From a virus, in IMG/VR virus record IMGVR_UViG_3300037297_000161, positions 1-52,035 of that record: DNA of 52,035 nt; one strand, written 5' to 3'. The notes under the pieces were generated by a model. That model was not told the origin of the DNA. It saw nothing but the letters and a program-made list of their open reading frames with translations, and searched no databases. Below, piece after piece: positions 9,016-18,165 of the stretch. Numbering within the stretch: position 1 is the stretch's first letter; each line of letters starts with the position of its first letter. Position numbers and translations under genes: made by a program.

Positions 9016-9067
9016 TTGGCGTGGTCAGGACTGAAAGGAATCTCGTTCAGACGAGTTAGGAGCTATC

Positions 9068-10039
9068 ATGGATCCCCGACTTCTCGCGTTGCTCGACACC
9101 CTCGGCATGGATGAGATCCGCCAGGATGCAAAGTACACCGCGGCGCTGGAGCAGCAACTGGAGTACGTCAAGGCGCAGACCTATGACATCAAGTACCCCG
9201 AGCTGCGCGCGCGCCGCTTCATTCCGCTCGATACCAGTGTTCCGCCCGGGGCCGAGACCGTTGCGTACCAGCAATGGGACGAGTTCGGCATGGCAAAGAT
9301 CTTGTCGAACTACGCTGAGGATCTCCCGCTGGTCACTGCGTTGGCCGAGAAGTTTTTCCAGGGCATCGAAAGTCTGGGTCAAGCCTACGACTACTCGATC
9401 CAAGATCTCGCTCGCAGTGCGATGAGCGGATCTCAGCTCGAAACCCGGAAGGCGACTGCGGCCCGTAAGTTTATCGAGCGGCGGATCGATGACATTGCGG
9501 CCGTCGGCTATCCCGCAGCCAAAATGAAGGGATTCGTCAACCATCCGAACGTCGCGATTGCCTCGGCAACCTCGGATGGCACTAGTGCACGCTGGGTCGG
9601 TGGACGAACACTCCCGAAGGCCCCCGAGGACATCAAAAAGGACATGGCCGACAGCCAGACCACGATCTGGGTCGACACCAAGCAGACCTTCGAGCCGGAC
9701 ACGATCGTGCTCCCGCCGACGGAGTTCGCGCACATCGCAAACACGGATAACCGCGACAACTCGGATAAGTCGATCCTGAACTCGTTCATGGATCGGAATC
9801 TGTCCATCACCAATGTGGACTACTGGCACAAGCTGGCCGAGGCGGATGCGGCCGGCACCGGTCCGCGCATGGTGACCTACAAGCGCTCAAGCGAGGTTCT
9901 CGAGCTGGTCATTCCGCGTGAGTTTGAGCAGCTGCCGCCTCAGGCGCGCATGCTTTCTTTCGTGGTTCCGTGTCATGCGAGGTGCGGCGGCGTGGTTGTC
10001 CGGTATCCGGTCGCCATGCTGTACACGGACGGGATCTAA
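9068..10039 (+). CDS. major capsid protein (DUF2184-like)
   Basis: 323 aa; position, size and strong SD AGGAG fit; by eye it resembles the capsid family that co-occurs with DUF1073/Mu-F/DUF2213; followed by hairpins. Confidence 0.75.
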   Translation: MDPRLLALLDTLGMDEIRQDAKYTAALEQQLEYVKAQTYDIKYPELRARRFIPLDTSVPPGAETVAYQQWDEFGMAKILSNYAEDLPLVTALAEKFFQGIESLGQAYDYSIQDLARSAMSGSQLETRKATAARKFIERRIDDIAAVGYPAAKMKGFVNHPNVAIASATSDGTSARWVGGRTLPKAPEDIKKDMADSQTTIWVDTKQTFEPDTIVLPPTEFAHIANTDNRDNSDKSILNSFMDRNLSITNVDYWHKLAEADAAGTGPRMVTYKRSSEVLELVIPREFEQLPPQARMLSFVVPCHARCGGVVVRYPVAMLYTDGI

Positions 10040-10091
10040 GCCTAGGTTCCACCTCTGCCTAGGCGAGGCCGACAACGGGTGGTTGGCCAGG

Positions 10092-10119
10092 CCCGGCGAG
10101 TGCTACTTGCCTCGCCGGG
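10092..10119 (+). terminator. GC-rich hairpin downstream of the capsid gene (attenuator/terminator candidate)
   Basis: CCCGGCGAG-10 nt-CTCGCCGGG (9-bp stem) followed by TCATTATC. A second 7-bp hairpin (GCCTAGG-11-CCTAGGC) lies at 10040-10064. There is no clean U-run. Confidence 0.35.
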
Positions 10120-10144
10120 TCATTATCACCCGAGAGGTACTCTC

Positions 10145-10645
10145 ATGCCGAAAATTTTTGTATGTCAAGCCCGTGCACTTCACTCTGCGGGAGTGCGTCT
10201 TGTTCCTGGTAAGGCCGGGAACGACGTCACCCAAGAGCAACTCGGCCACATGGAGTCGGACGAACAGTTCAAGCTCTGGTGTCGGCTCGGTTGGGTGGCG
10301 ATTCGTCGGGACAGTGTCGCGGAACCTGGCGACCCGGCACGCGAGGCCGAGGTCGAGGCGAAGATCGCGGAAGTCATAAAGGAGCGCGCGGCTGTAGTAG
10401 CTGCCGCTGAGCCGGGGGATTCGGTTGCGGATGGGCCTGCGGACGCGGATCCCCAGGTGCCGAGGGAGAGTGCTCCTGCTCTGGGACCGGAGTCGCTCAA
10501 GAGTGAAAACGTGATCAAGGCGCGTGAAATGATCGCGGCTTGTGACGATCTGGACCTGCTCTTGTCCTGGTTCGAGAACGACACCAGGCAAACAGTCCAA
10601 GACGCAGTTGAAAAGCGGTTGAACAAGCTGCAGGCTCAGGAGTAG
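10145..10645 (+). CDS. hypothetical head-region protein
   Basis: Track ORF 10079..10645 trimmed to ATG 10145 behind GAGAGG; 166 aa with an acidic Ala/Pro-rich middle. Confidence 0.55.
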   Translation: MPKIFVCQARALHSAGVRLVPGKAGNDVTQEQLGHMESDEQFKLWCRLGWVAIRRDSVAEPGDPAREAEVEAKIAEVIKERAAVVAAAEPGDSVADGPADADPQVPRESAPALGPESLKSENVIKAREMIAACDDLDLLLSWFENDTRQTVQDAVEKRLNKLQAQE

Positions 10646-10648
10646 TCA

Positions 10649-10942
10649 GTGGCCGCGGACGCATCGACCTTGGTGGCGCGCTACCCGGAGTTTCAGCCTG
10701 CGCTGGATCAGTATCCGGACATGGTCGATGCGTGTCTCGCGCAGGCCGAGGTTCAAATCGACCGCACGGTGTATCGAGACAAAGCTGATGCCGCTGTGCA
10801 TGCGCTGGCCGCGCATTTGCTGGCGCTGTGCCCCCTAGGCGGCGAGCCTGCACGGCTTGAGCCGGAATCCATGAACACAATCTATTGGGGGCAATACAAA
10901 GCCCTGCGCCAGAGCCTCCGATGCGGGATGCAGGTGATTTGA
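10649..10942 (+). CDS. head-tail connector protein (DUF4054-like)
   Basis: 97 aa; N-terminal ARYPEFQP motif and size typical of DUF4054; position after the capsid gene. Confidence 0.55.
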   Translation: MAADASTLVARYPEFQPALDQYPDMVDACLAQAEVQIDRTVYRDKADAAVHALAAHLLALCPLGGEPARLEPESMNTIYWGQYKALRQSLRCGMQVI

Positions 10943-11424
10943 TGGCGGCTCGCCAAAAAATCATTGACAAGGATCGCGGTTGGAAGCGCATCAAGGCGGA
11001 GATCGATCGCACTCGACGCAAACCTCATGTGCGCGTTGGGATCTTCGGTGCAAAAGCCGCTGCAGATCACGGAGGTACCCCGAACGTCGTCGTTGCAACT
11101 GCACATGAGCTAGGTACGTCTACGGTACCGGAGCGCTCGTACATCCGGGCTACGGTCGATCAGAAACGCACTCAGATCGCGGGGCTGGCCCGGCGCTTGG
11201 CGGCCGCAGTCGTTGCAGGACGGCTATCTCGAAAGCATGCCCTTGATCTCCTGGGGCAGTTCGTGCGCGGGGAAATGCAGCAGCGCATTTCAGATGGCAT
11301 TCCCCCACCTCTGAAACCGGAAACCATTGCGCGTAAAACGGTGCGAGGCAAGAAAGGCACCACGCCATTGATTCGCACAGGGCAACTCCGCTCTAGCATT
11401 GATTACCAGACCAAAAATACATGA
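10942..11424 (+). CDS. head-tail joining protein, HK97 gp10-like
   Basis: 160 aa from the ATG overlapping the upstream TGA (TGATG); alternative ATG at 10921; C-terminal TGQLRSSI motif as in the gp10 family. Confidence 0.55.
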   Translation: MAARQKIIDKDRGWKRIKAEIDRTRRKPHVRVGIFGAKAAADHGGTPNVVVATAHELGTSTVPERSYIRATVDQKRTQIAGLARRLAAAVVAGRLSRKHALDLLGQFVRGEMQQRISDGIPPPLKPETIARKTVRGKKGTTPLIRTGQLRSSIDYQTKNT

Positions 11425-11993
11425 CCCTCCCGTTGGCTACATATCGCCCCGCGATCAAGGCCTGGGTTGAAGCGCAGTCCGGTTGTACGGCACAATGGCG
11501 AGATGAGGATGGGCCGGTGCAGTACAAACCACGGATCCGCATGCACTTGCAGACCTCAAGCGCTCGCGGTGTCGATTGGCTGACGTGGATCCAGGACACA
11601 GATCTCGATCCGGGCGAGGATTATGTGCCGACGGTGCAAGGGCACCGCGCTCTGGTGCTTTCGCTGCGATGTGAGACTCGAGACCAGTCCGGGAACACCA
11701 CGGCCATGTACTATCTTGAGCGAGTGCGCTCGAGTATGAGAAAACCGAGCGTGCGCGCTGCTCTCTATGCGGCCGGATTGGTGATTGAGAATGCCGAGGC
11801 CGTCATGGACCTAGATGGACTGGTCGAGAACCGGCGCGAGTCATGGGCACACCTAGACGTGCACCTAGCTGGGGTGGTAAATGATAGAGATGAGGCGGAA
11901 GCTGACTCATACACGGATCATGCGACCGTCGCGGGAACGATGGAAACACCGGCAGGCGCTGACGCAGGCCCTGGAGAGGATGAGTACCCATGA
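11421..11993 (+). CDS. neck/tail-terminator-position protein
   Basis: 190 aa; ATGA overlaps on both sides; directly before the sheath gene; assigned by position only. Confidence 0.4.
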   Translation: MTLPLATYRPAIKAWVEAQSGCTAQWRDEDGPVQYKPRIRMHLQTSSARGVDWLTWIQDTDLDPGEDYVPTVQGHRALVLSLRCETRDQSGNTTAMYYLERVRSSMRKPSVRAALYAAGLVIENAEAVMDLDGLVENRRESWAHLDVHLAGVVNDRDEAEADSYTDHATVAGTMETPAGADAGPGEDEYP

Positions 11994-13570
11994 GCTTGGA
12001 TGATCTGGTCTCTGTCAGCATCACGGCAAACACCACAAGCCCTTCGCGTACCTCGTTCGGTACACCCGGCCTGTTGGCCTATGTGCCGACCTCGGTCTTT
12101 CCGGAGCGGTCCCGTGAGTACAATTCGTTGACCGGGATGATCTCGGATGGCTTCTTGGTCAGCGATCCCGCCTATCTGATGGCCACTGCACTTAAGGCCC
12201 AGAATCCGAGCGTCAAAAAGTGGAAGGTGCTGCGCAAGGCACTGCCCAGTGAGCAGACCATTCGCGTGACCCCAACGATCACGACCGAAGGGGAGGTGCT
12301 GAGCTTGACGGTGAACGGCACCGAAGTCACTTACACGATCCCGAGCGGCGCCACAATCAACTCGATCGCCACGGCATTGCAGGCGCTTTTCGCGGCGATC
12401 GTAGGCGTAACCGCGGTCGATAACACCGGCAGTGTGCAGCTCACCCCGAAGAATGTAGCTAGCGCCACGTTGACCGTCGACACGAATGGGGCGGGCACGT
12501 ACACCGTGACGATCGATGGCACGGACTACGCTTTCACGGCCACGGCCGAGACCAAGACCGAGATCCGGGATGCCCTGCAGGCCCTAATCCTGGTCGACTA
12601 TGCCGCAGCCGAATGCGTCGACAACAGCACCGATGCGCTGGACTTTGCGTTCGCATCCCATGCCGGGGCCGATCTGCGGGAGACCGCTACCGGCGGAACG
12701 ATGTCGCTCAGTGCCGAGGTCTCGGCCTATCGTCTTTTGAGTGTGGGCGGGGCTAGCCTCGGGCTGACCGTGAAAGACCAGACCCCCGACCCTGGCATCG
12801 CCACGGATTGGGCCGCCATCGTCGCCTATGACAATGACTTCTACGGTGTGGGCTTGGACAACCCGAGCGAAGCGGAAGTGCTGGCCCTGGCAGCTCAGGT
12901 CGAGACCACGAAGAAGATCTTCTGTTTTGGCACGATCGACACGGAGAACATGGACGCCGGCACGACCACGGATGTGTTTTCGGATCTCGAGGCGGCTGCC
13001 TATGTCAGGACGATTGGTATTCAGGCGCTGTACAATAGCCAGTATGTTGGCATGCGCTGGCTAGGTCAGATGCTCCCGTACGATCCCGGTTCGGCGACAT
13101 GGGCCTTCAAAACTCTTCGCGGGGCGACAGTGACGACTCTGAGTGCTGCGCAGGAGTCGGCGCTCGATGGCAAAACAGCCAACCACTACACCACCATCAA
13201 AGGGGTCGCCGTCACCCTCAAGGGCTACTCGAGCTCTGGGGAATTCGTTGACATCACGACCGGGGTGGACTGGTTCTCCGCGAGACTGCAGGAGCGGATC
13301 TATGGTTTGCTCGTGCAGAATGCCAAGATCTCCTACGCCGACGCCGGGCCGCTGTTCCGATCGGAGATCTTCGCGCAACTCAAGGAGGCGGAGCAGAAAG
13401 GGCTGGTGGCAGCCGACACCGAAGATACTCCCTGGGTGATCACGATCCCGGAAGTAGCCGACATCTCGACGGCGGACAAGGCCCTGCGCAACTTCCCTGA
13501 TGTGGAATTCTCGGCATATCTTGCCGGGGCCGTCCACACTGTAGCAATCACAGGCACCCTCAGCCTGTAG
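11990..13570 (+). CDS. tail sheath protein
   Basis: 526 aa; followed by the tube, chaperone and tape measure genes; DUF3383-like by eye; contains two copies of a ~65-aa insert. Confidence 0.75.
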   Translation: MSLDDLVSVSITANTTSPSRTSFGTPGLLAYVPTSVFPERSREYNSLTGMISDGFLVSDPAYLMATALKAQNPSVKKWKVLRKALPSEQTIRVTPTITTEGEVLSLTVNGTEVTYTIPSGATINSIATALQALFAAIVGVTAVDNTGSVQLTPKNVASATLTVDTNGAGTYTVTIDGTDYAFTATAETKTEIRDALQALILVDYAAAECVDNSTDALDFAFASHAGADLRETATGGTMSLSAEVSAYRLLSVGGASLGLTVKDQTPDPGIATDWAAIVAYDNDFYGVGLDNPSEAEVLALAAQVETTKKIFCFGTIDTENMDAGTTTDVFSDLEAAAYVRTIGIQALYNSQYVGMRWLGQMLPYDPGSATWAFKTLRGATVTTLSAAQESALDGKTANHYTTIKGVAVTLKGYSSSGEFVDITTGVDWFSARLQERIYGLLVQNAKISYADAGPLFRSEIFAQLKEAEQKGLVAADTEDTPWVITIPEVADISTADKALRNFPDVEFSAYLAGAVHTVAITGTLSL

Positions 13571-13584
13571 CAGGAGACACGACA

Positions 13585-14025
13585 ATGGCAGCCGGAGATC
13601 TTCGACTTTATGATCCGGATCAGGTCACGATTGTGGTGGCCGGCATCCCCTGCAAGGGCTGGGCGGACGGCGAATTCTGCCGCATCGAGTATGAGACAGA
13701 TGCGTTCTCTGATGTCTGCGGGACTGACGGGGAGGTCACACGCAGCAAGAGCAACGACGGCCGCGCTACAGTGACGTTGCGGCTCATGCAGACCAGCCCG
13801 ACCAATGCCTTGCTGAGCGCGCTGCATTCGAGTGATCTGAATGCACCGGGTGGCATCGGTGTCGGGCCGTTCCTCTTGATTGACGGCTCCGGGGCCACCA
13901 CGCATGCCGCCGAGAAATGTTGGATCGCGATGGCTCCGAATTCGGTCTGGGATCGGACGCCCACGGAACGTGAGTGGAAAATTCGCTGCGCCAAGCTGGT
14001 TGGCTTGGAGGGCGGCAACGCATAG
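13585..14025 (+). CDS. tail tube protein
   Basis: 146 aa directly after the sheath; DUF3277-like by eye. Confidence 0.7.
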   Translation: MAAGDLRLYDPDQVTIVVAGIPCKGWADGEFCRIEYETDAFSDVCGTDGEVTRSKSNDGRATVTLRLMQTSPTNALLSALHSSDLNAPGGIGVGPFLLIDGSGATTHAAEKCWIAMAPNSVWDRTPTEREWKIRCAKLVGLEGGNA

Positions 14026-14051
14026 CCGGCGCACAGCGCCAGAGGTGAATC

Positions 14052-14513
14052 ATGCTCGAATCAGAGACCGCTACGATCAACGGGCGCAAGTACGAAGTCA
14101 CGAAGCTGCCCTATAGCGCTGGGAAGGCGCTGTTGGTGCGCCTGTTCAAAGTGGCTGGCCCGACCTTGGTTCGCGTTGTGGCTGGGGTCCCGTCGGTGCA
14201 GGACAAAGAGCTTGGCGATCTTCAGGTGTCCGAAATCTTCCCAACGATGACAGCGGCCGTCGATCAGCTCGCCTCAGACCTCTCTGAGGAAGACCTGGAC
14301 GCCCTGGTGAGCACGTTCGGTGAGTACTCGTGGATCGTCGACGGCTCTCATAGGCACCAGCTCACAGCCGAGTACAGAGAGCTTCATTTCGCGGGCAACT
14401 ACCTGGAGTTGTTTCAGTGGCTGGCCTTTGCCCTGAGGGTCAACTATGCGGGTTTTTTCAAAGGGCCCGGGCTGGCCAGCATGCTCGCGCGCGCCCAGAC
14501 CCCGACGCCGTAA
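14052..14513 (+). CDS. tail assembly chaperone (G-like, short product)
   Basis: 153 aa between the tube and tape measure genes; contains a slippery heptamer near its 3' end. Confidence 0.7.
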   Translation: MLESETATINGRKYEVTKLPYSAGKALLVRLFKVAGPTLVRVVAGVPSVQDKELGDLQVSEIFPTMTAAVDQLASDLSEEDLDALVSTFGEYSWIVDGSHRHQLTAEYRELHFAGNYLELFQWLAFALRVNYAGFFKGPGLASMLARAQTPTP

Positions 14514-14701
14514 AAGTCCCTGAGTGGCTGGACTGGACGTTACACCGTGTGGCCAGCTCACAGCGGTACGCAAGCTCACTGCACGAGATCCAGACGTTAT
14601 GGTCCCTTGACGATGTGCTAGCGGCCAACGTAGTATTGGATCTGTATGACGAGTCCGAGCGGAGGGCCGCCCGGCAGATCAAGGAATCGAGCAAACGATG
14701 A
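14052..14701 (+). CDS. tail assembly chaperone frameshift fusion (GT-like, long product)
   Basis: Predicted product of the -1 shift at 14453-14459; the downstream frame has no SD/start of its own close to the overlap. Confidence 0.6.
14453..14459 (+). promoter_or_regulatory. -1 programmed ribosomal frameshift site T_TTT_TTC
   Basis: In the zero frame the codons are GGT TTT TTC. Slipping -1 joins the ORF to frame 14417..14701 (..FFQRARAGQ..PEWLDW..SLHEIQTLWSLDDVLAANVVLDLYDE..), which ends in an ATGA overlap with the tape measure start. Confidence 0.7.
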
Positions 14702-16473
14702 TCGTCCGAGAGCTGCTCACAGTCTTCAGTCTGGACTATGACGGCAAAGGGCAGGCGCAGGCCGAGCGCGGAATCAAAGGGTTGATCGCGAAGGCCACAT
14801 CATTACAGACTACCTTCACATCAGCTTTAGCTGCCACAGCGATTTCGGCACCATTCATCGGCTTGATCAAGATGGCCAGCGACGCACAGGAGAATCTGAA
14901 CCTTCTGCAAGTGGTTTTCAAGGACTCCGCCCAGGATGTTGTGGAATGGTCGAATCGAGTCTCAGGGGAAGTAGGCAGATCACGGTACACATTGCGCGGA
15001 TTGGCGGCTGAGTTCGGTGGCCTAGTAGGAGCGATGGTGGGCCCTGGGGAGCAAGCCGCCAAGATGAGCACAGGCCTTGCGGAATTGGCCATCAACCTTA
15101 CCAGCTTGCGGAATTTCACCGGGGGTGAGAAACGCGCCCTTGAGGTACTGCAATCCGCTATGGCGGGGGAGACCGAAGCGATCAAACGTTTCGGCCCGGA
15201 TCTGAGTGTGGCGGCGCAGGAGACCGAAGCGCTTCGGTTGGGATTTGCCGGCACCTACAAGGAGTTGACCAAGAGCCAAAAAGCCCAAATTCGCTACAAC
15301 CTCCTGGTCAAAGATCTCGCATTTGTCCAAGGTGATGCCGCCAACACGCTGAATCAGTTCGCAAACAGTTCACGTGCCTTTCGGGATCAGCTGAAAGACA
15401 TTGCCACCGAGTTGGGGCTTTTTCTGGTGCCTGCGGCTGAGGATTTGCTGAAGACAGCCCGGGGACTGTTGGGGCCAATTGCGGAAGGCGCGCGCTCCTT
15501 CAGGGCATTCGCAGCCGACACCAATCTTGCCAAAGCGGCTCTGATTGCTCTTGGGGTTGTGCTGGCAGCTGTACTGCTGCCGCCGCTGTTGGCGGCATTG
15601 CCGCTGATTGCAGGATTCGCTGCGCTGGTTCTGGTCATTGATGACGTGATCACATACATTCAGGGTGGCAATTCGGTCCTAGAGGAATTTGTTGGCTGGC
15701 TGCACGCGATCGATGCCGGGGAGATCGAGGATATCAATCCGGTGTTGAAGACCTTAGTGGGCTGGTTTTTCGTGGCCCTTGAGGCGGTCAAGAGTTTTGG
15801 CTCGAAGGTAGGAGAAGTATTTGGCCAGATCATCCAAGGAGACTTCTCGTGGTTCCAGAATGCCTGGGGGAATCTGGTCCAGTGGCTTGCTGACACGTGG
15901 CAGAATTTCAAGATGGACTGGACCCCGCACCTGAAGGCCGTCACGGACTTTCTGGCTGGCGTGTTGAAAGGGCTGTCGTCGTTCTTGCAGACCCCGCTCG
16001 GCAAGATCATGTTCACGTTGTTGGGGGCGTATGTCGGGAAAAAATTCGGCAACTTTGCAGGCGGCGGAGCCGGAAAGGCAATCGGTGAGTTTCTAGGCCG
16101 TCGACGTATACCGGGATCAAAGGCCATCGGAGGCCTGATTGGTGAGAAGCTGGGCGGAACGCTAGGGGGCTTGACCGGGATGCTGGCAGGAGGCATAGGC
16201 GGCAATTTGACGGCCGATACGTTGTCGAACGTGCTGTCTCAAGGTGCGGCATCACTGTCGGGTGGTGGGACTATGGCAGCCGCACCAGCCGCTCGGCAGG
16301 TGGCTGTCCACCAAGGCAACAAGACCTGGAATATGGAGATCTACCAGCAGCCTGGGGAGAACGCCGAAGACTTTGCAGCACGTGTGGCCGAGATTGTTGA
16401 AGCCAGAGATGAAGCTCGCGATCTCTCTCTGGCAAATGAGCTCGTTCAGGGCGGAATCCCGGAGCCGCAGTAA
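14698..16473 (+). CDS. tape measure protein
   Basis: 591 aa after the chaperone pair; hydrophobic core (ALIALGVVLAAVLLPPLLAALPLIAGFAALVLVI) and Gly-rich C-terminal third. Confidence 0.85.
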   Translation: MIVRELLTVFSLDYDGKGQAQAERGIKGLIAKATSLQTTFTSALAATAISAPFIGLIKMASDAQENLNLLQVVFKDSAQDVVEWSNRVSGEVGRSRYTLRGLAAEFGGLVGAMVGPGEQAAKMSTGLAELAINLTSLRNFTGGEKRALEVLQSAMAGETEAIKRFGPDLSVAAQETEALRLGFAGTYKELTKSQKAQIRYNLLVKDLAFVQGDAANTLNQFANSSRAFRDQLKDIATELGLFLVPAAEDLLKTARGLLGPIAEGARSFRAFAADTNLAKAALIALGVVLAAVLLPPLLAALPLIAGFAALVLVIDDVITYIQGGNSVLEEFVGWLHAIDAGEIEDINPVLKTLVGWFFVALEAVKSFGSKVGEVFGQIIQGDFSWFQNAWGNLVQWLADTWQNFKMDWTPHLKAVTDFLAGVLKGLSSFLQTPLGKIMFTLLGAYVGKKFGNFAGGGAGKAIGEFLGRRRIPGSKAIGGLIGEKLGGTLGGLTGMLAGGIGGNLTADTLSNVLSQGAASLSGGGTMAAAPAARQVAVHQGNKTWNMEIYQQPGENAEDFAARVAEIVEARDEARDLSLANELVQGGIPEPQ

Positions 16474-17036
16474 TGGCATTGACGGAGCTCATCTTCAAGA
16501 TCACTCCGGCCGAGATTGGCCTGGTGGCCTTGGACGCTTCGGTGGAAGAGGTGCACAGCGCGAGCGCAACAGTGACGCGACATCCGGTAGAGGCCGAGCA
16601 AGGCACGCAGACCGACGTGAGTGACAACGTGCAGATTGATCCCGTCACGATCCAAATCCAAGGGGTTGTGACCAACCACCCAGCTGAATGGCTTGGGACA
16701 TTCGACAATAGCGAGACCCGTGATGTGCAGGCCTACTTGGAGCTCTTGACTACGCTGCTCACGGGCACGTTGATCACAGTGACCACTACCTTGCTCGAGT
16801 ATGACGATATGGTGCTGGAGCGCCTGCAGGTCACCCGGAACAAAGAAAAAGGCAATGCGCTCTACCTGGACGCTACTGCTACGCAGGTGCGACTGGTCAC
16901 GCTTGAGGAATCTGCGGTCGAAGCAGGCCAGCGCCCCGTGAGCCAATCAACGCGCAACGGCGGAGCAAAGTCCGCTAAGCCCGCGGATGCCGCCACGAGC
17001 ACGAAATCTTCGCTGGGTTTCAAGGCGCTCTTTTGA
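16473..17036 (+). CDS. tail/baseplate structural protein (tube-baseplate adaptor position)
   Basis: 187 aa; TAATG overlap with the tape measure gene; assigned by position only. Confidence 0.4.
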   Translation: MALTELIFKITPAEIGLVALDASVEEVHSASATVTRHPVEAEQGTQTDVSDNVQIDPVTIQIQGVVTNHPAEWLGTFDNSETRDVQAYLELLTTLLTGTLITVTTTLLEYDDMVLERLQVTRNKEKGNALYLDATATQVRLVTLEESAVEAGQRPVSQSTRNGGAKSAKPADAATSTKSSLGFKALF

Positions 17037-17350
17037 TGATCTACACAATTCCGATAGATGTCACGCATCCGGCGATTGTGCAGGAGACGGCGCTCGACGG
17101 TGTCACGTATCGATTCACGTTCCGCTGGAATGCCCGGGATGGCTACTGGTACATGGGCTTGAGCACGATCGAGGATGTGGCGATCCTGCCGACACGCCGC
17201 TTGGTACCTGGAGCCAGACTCTTGCGCTACATGAGCGGCTCAGTGCGGCCGCCGGGCGAACTCATGCTACTTGGTACTCCTACACGAACAACTTTGGGCA
17301 CCGAGGCTCAGCTCGTGTATTTGGACGCCGATGAGGTTGCGTCGCTATGA
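17033..17350 (+). CDS. baseplate-region structural protein
   Basis: 105 aa; ATGA overlaps on both sides; assigned by position only. Confidence 0.4.
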   Translation: MMIYTIPIDVTHPAIVQETALDGVTYRFTFRWNARDGYWYMGLSTIEDVAILPTRRLVPGARLLRYMSGSVRPPGELMLLGTPTRTTLGTEAQLVYLDADEVASL

Positions 17351-18165
17351 CCCTGTTCGGGCGCAGGTGTTCGGTCCAGGTGGATCGACTTTTGATTGAG
17401 GGACTCACTGTCTCGTTCACGATCGAGATGGATGTCCGCAATTTCGGCAAGGCGGAGATCAAGATCTACAATTTGAACGCCGAACATAGGCACCAGCTCG
17501 AGAAAAGCGCAAGCGTTGATGTCGAGCTGTCAGCCGGCTATCTGGATCATCCACTAGAGCGCCTCTGTAAAACGACCCTCCGCGATGTCTACTCGGAATG
17601 GACCCAGCCGAATTGGGTAACCACACTGCGCACGGGTGACGGCGATAAGGCCAGCAAAATTCGAATCAGTCGCGCCTATAGTCCTGAGATCTCCATGGAG
17701 AAAGTCTGGAAAGATCTGCTTGACAAGCTGAAGGGCTCTATAGATATAGGTAATGCGGTCGAGGCCTTCAAGAAGGGCGGGTTCGCCAACGGGGTGAAAG
17801 AGCTGCTTCATGGGGGCAATGTGCACGGCCAGGTCATGGATGAGCTCCGCCGGATCGGGGCCGGAGCCGGCCTCGATGTTGGGATACAAGATGGGGCTTT
17901 GCTGGTGACTCCTGTTGGAGAGCCACTAGCGACCTCGGCTGTGGTCCTGTCGGCCAGCACGGGGCTCATCGGTTCACCGCAACCTGGAGCCAAGAAAGAA
18001 CTCAAATGCCGAGCCCTGATCCTGCCGGGCCTTCGACCGAAACGCAAAGTCGAGATCAAAAGTGAGCTCGTGACCGGGGTGTACGTCGTGCAAAAAGCAC
18101 GGTACACTGGCAACACAGCAGGCAATGATTGGTATGCGGACTTGACCTGCAAGGAAATCGAATGA
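17347..18165 (+). CDS. baseplate hub protein (XkdQ/gp27-like)
   Basis: 272 aa; N-terminus VDRLLIEGLTVSFTIEMDVRNFGKAEIKIYNLN..VELSAGY is the pattern seen in hub proteins; position before the spike. Confidence 0.55.
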   Translation: MTLFGRRCSVQVDRLLIEGLTVSFTIEMDVRNFGKAEIKIYNLNAEHRHQLEKSASVDVELSAGYLDHPLERLCKTTLRDVYSEWTQPNWVTTLRTGDGDKASKIRISRAYSPEISMEKVWKDLLDKLKGSIDIGNAVEAFKKGGFANGVKELLHGGNVHGQVMDELRRIGAGAGLDVGIQDGALLVTPVGEPLATSAVVLSASTGLIGSPQPGAKKELKCRALILPGLRPKRKVEIKSELVTGVYVVQKARYTGNTAGNDWYADLTCKEIE

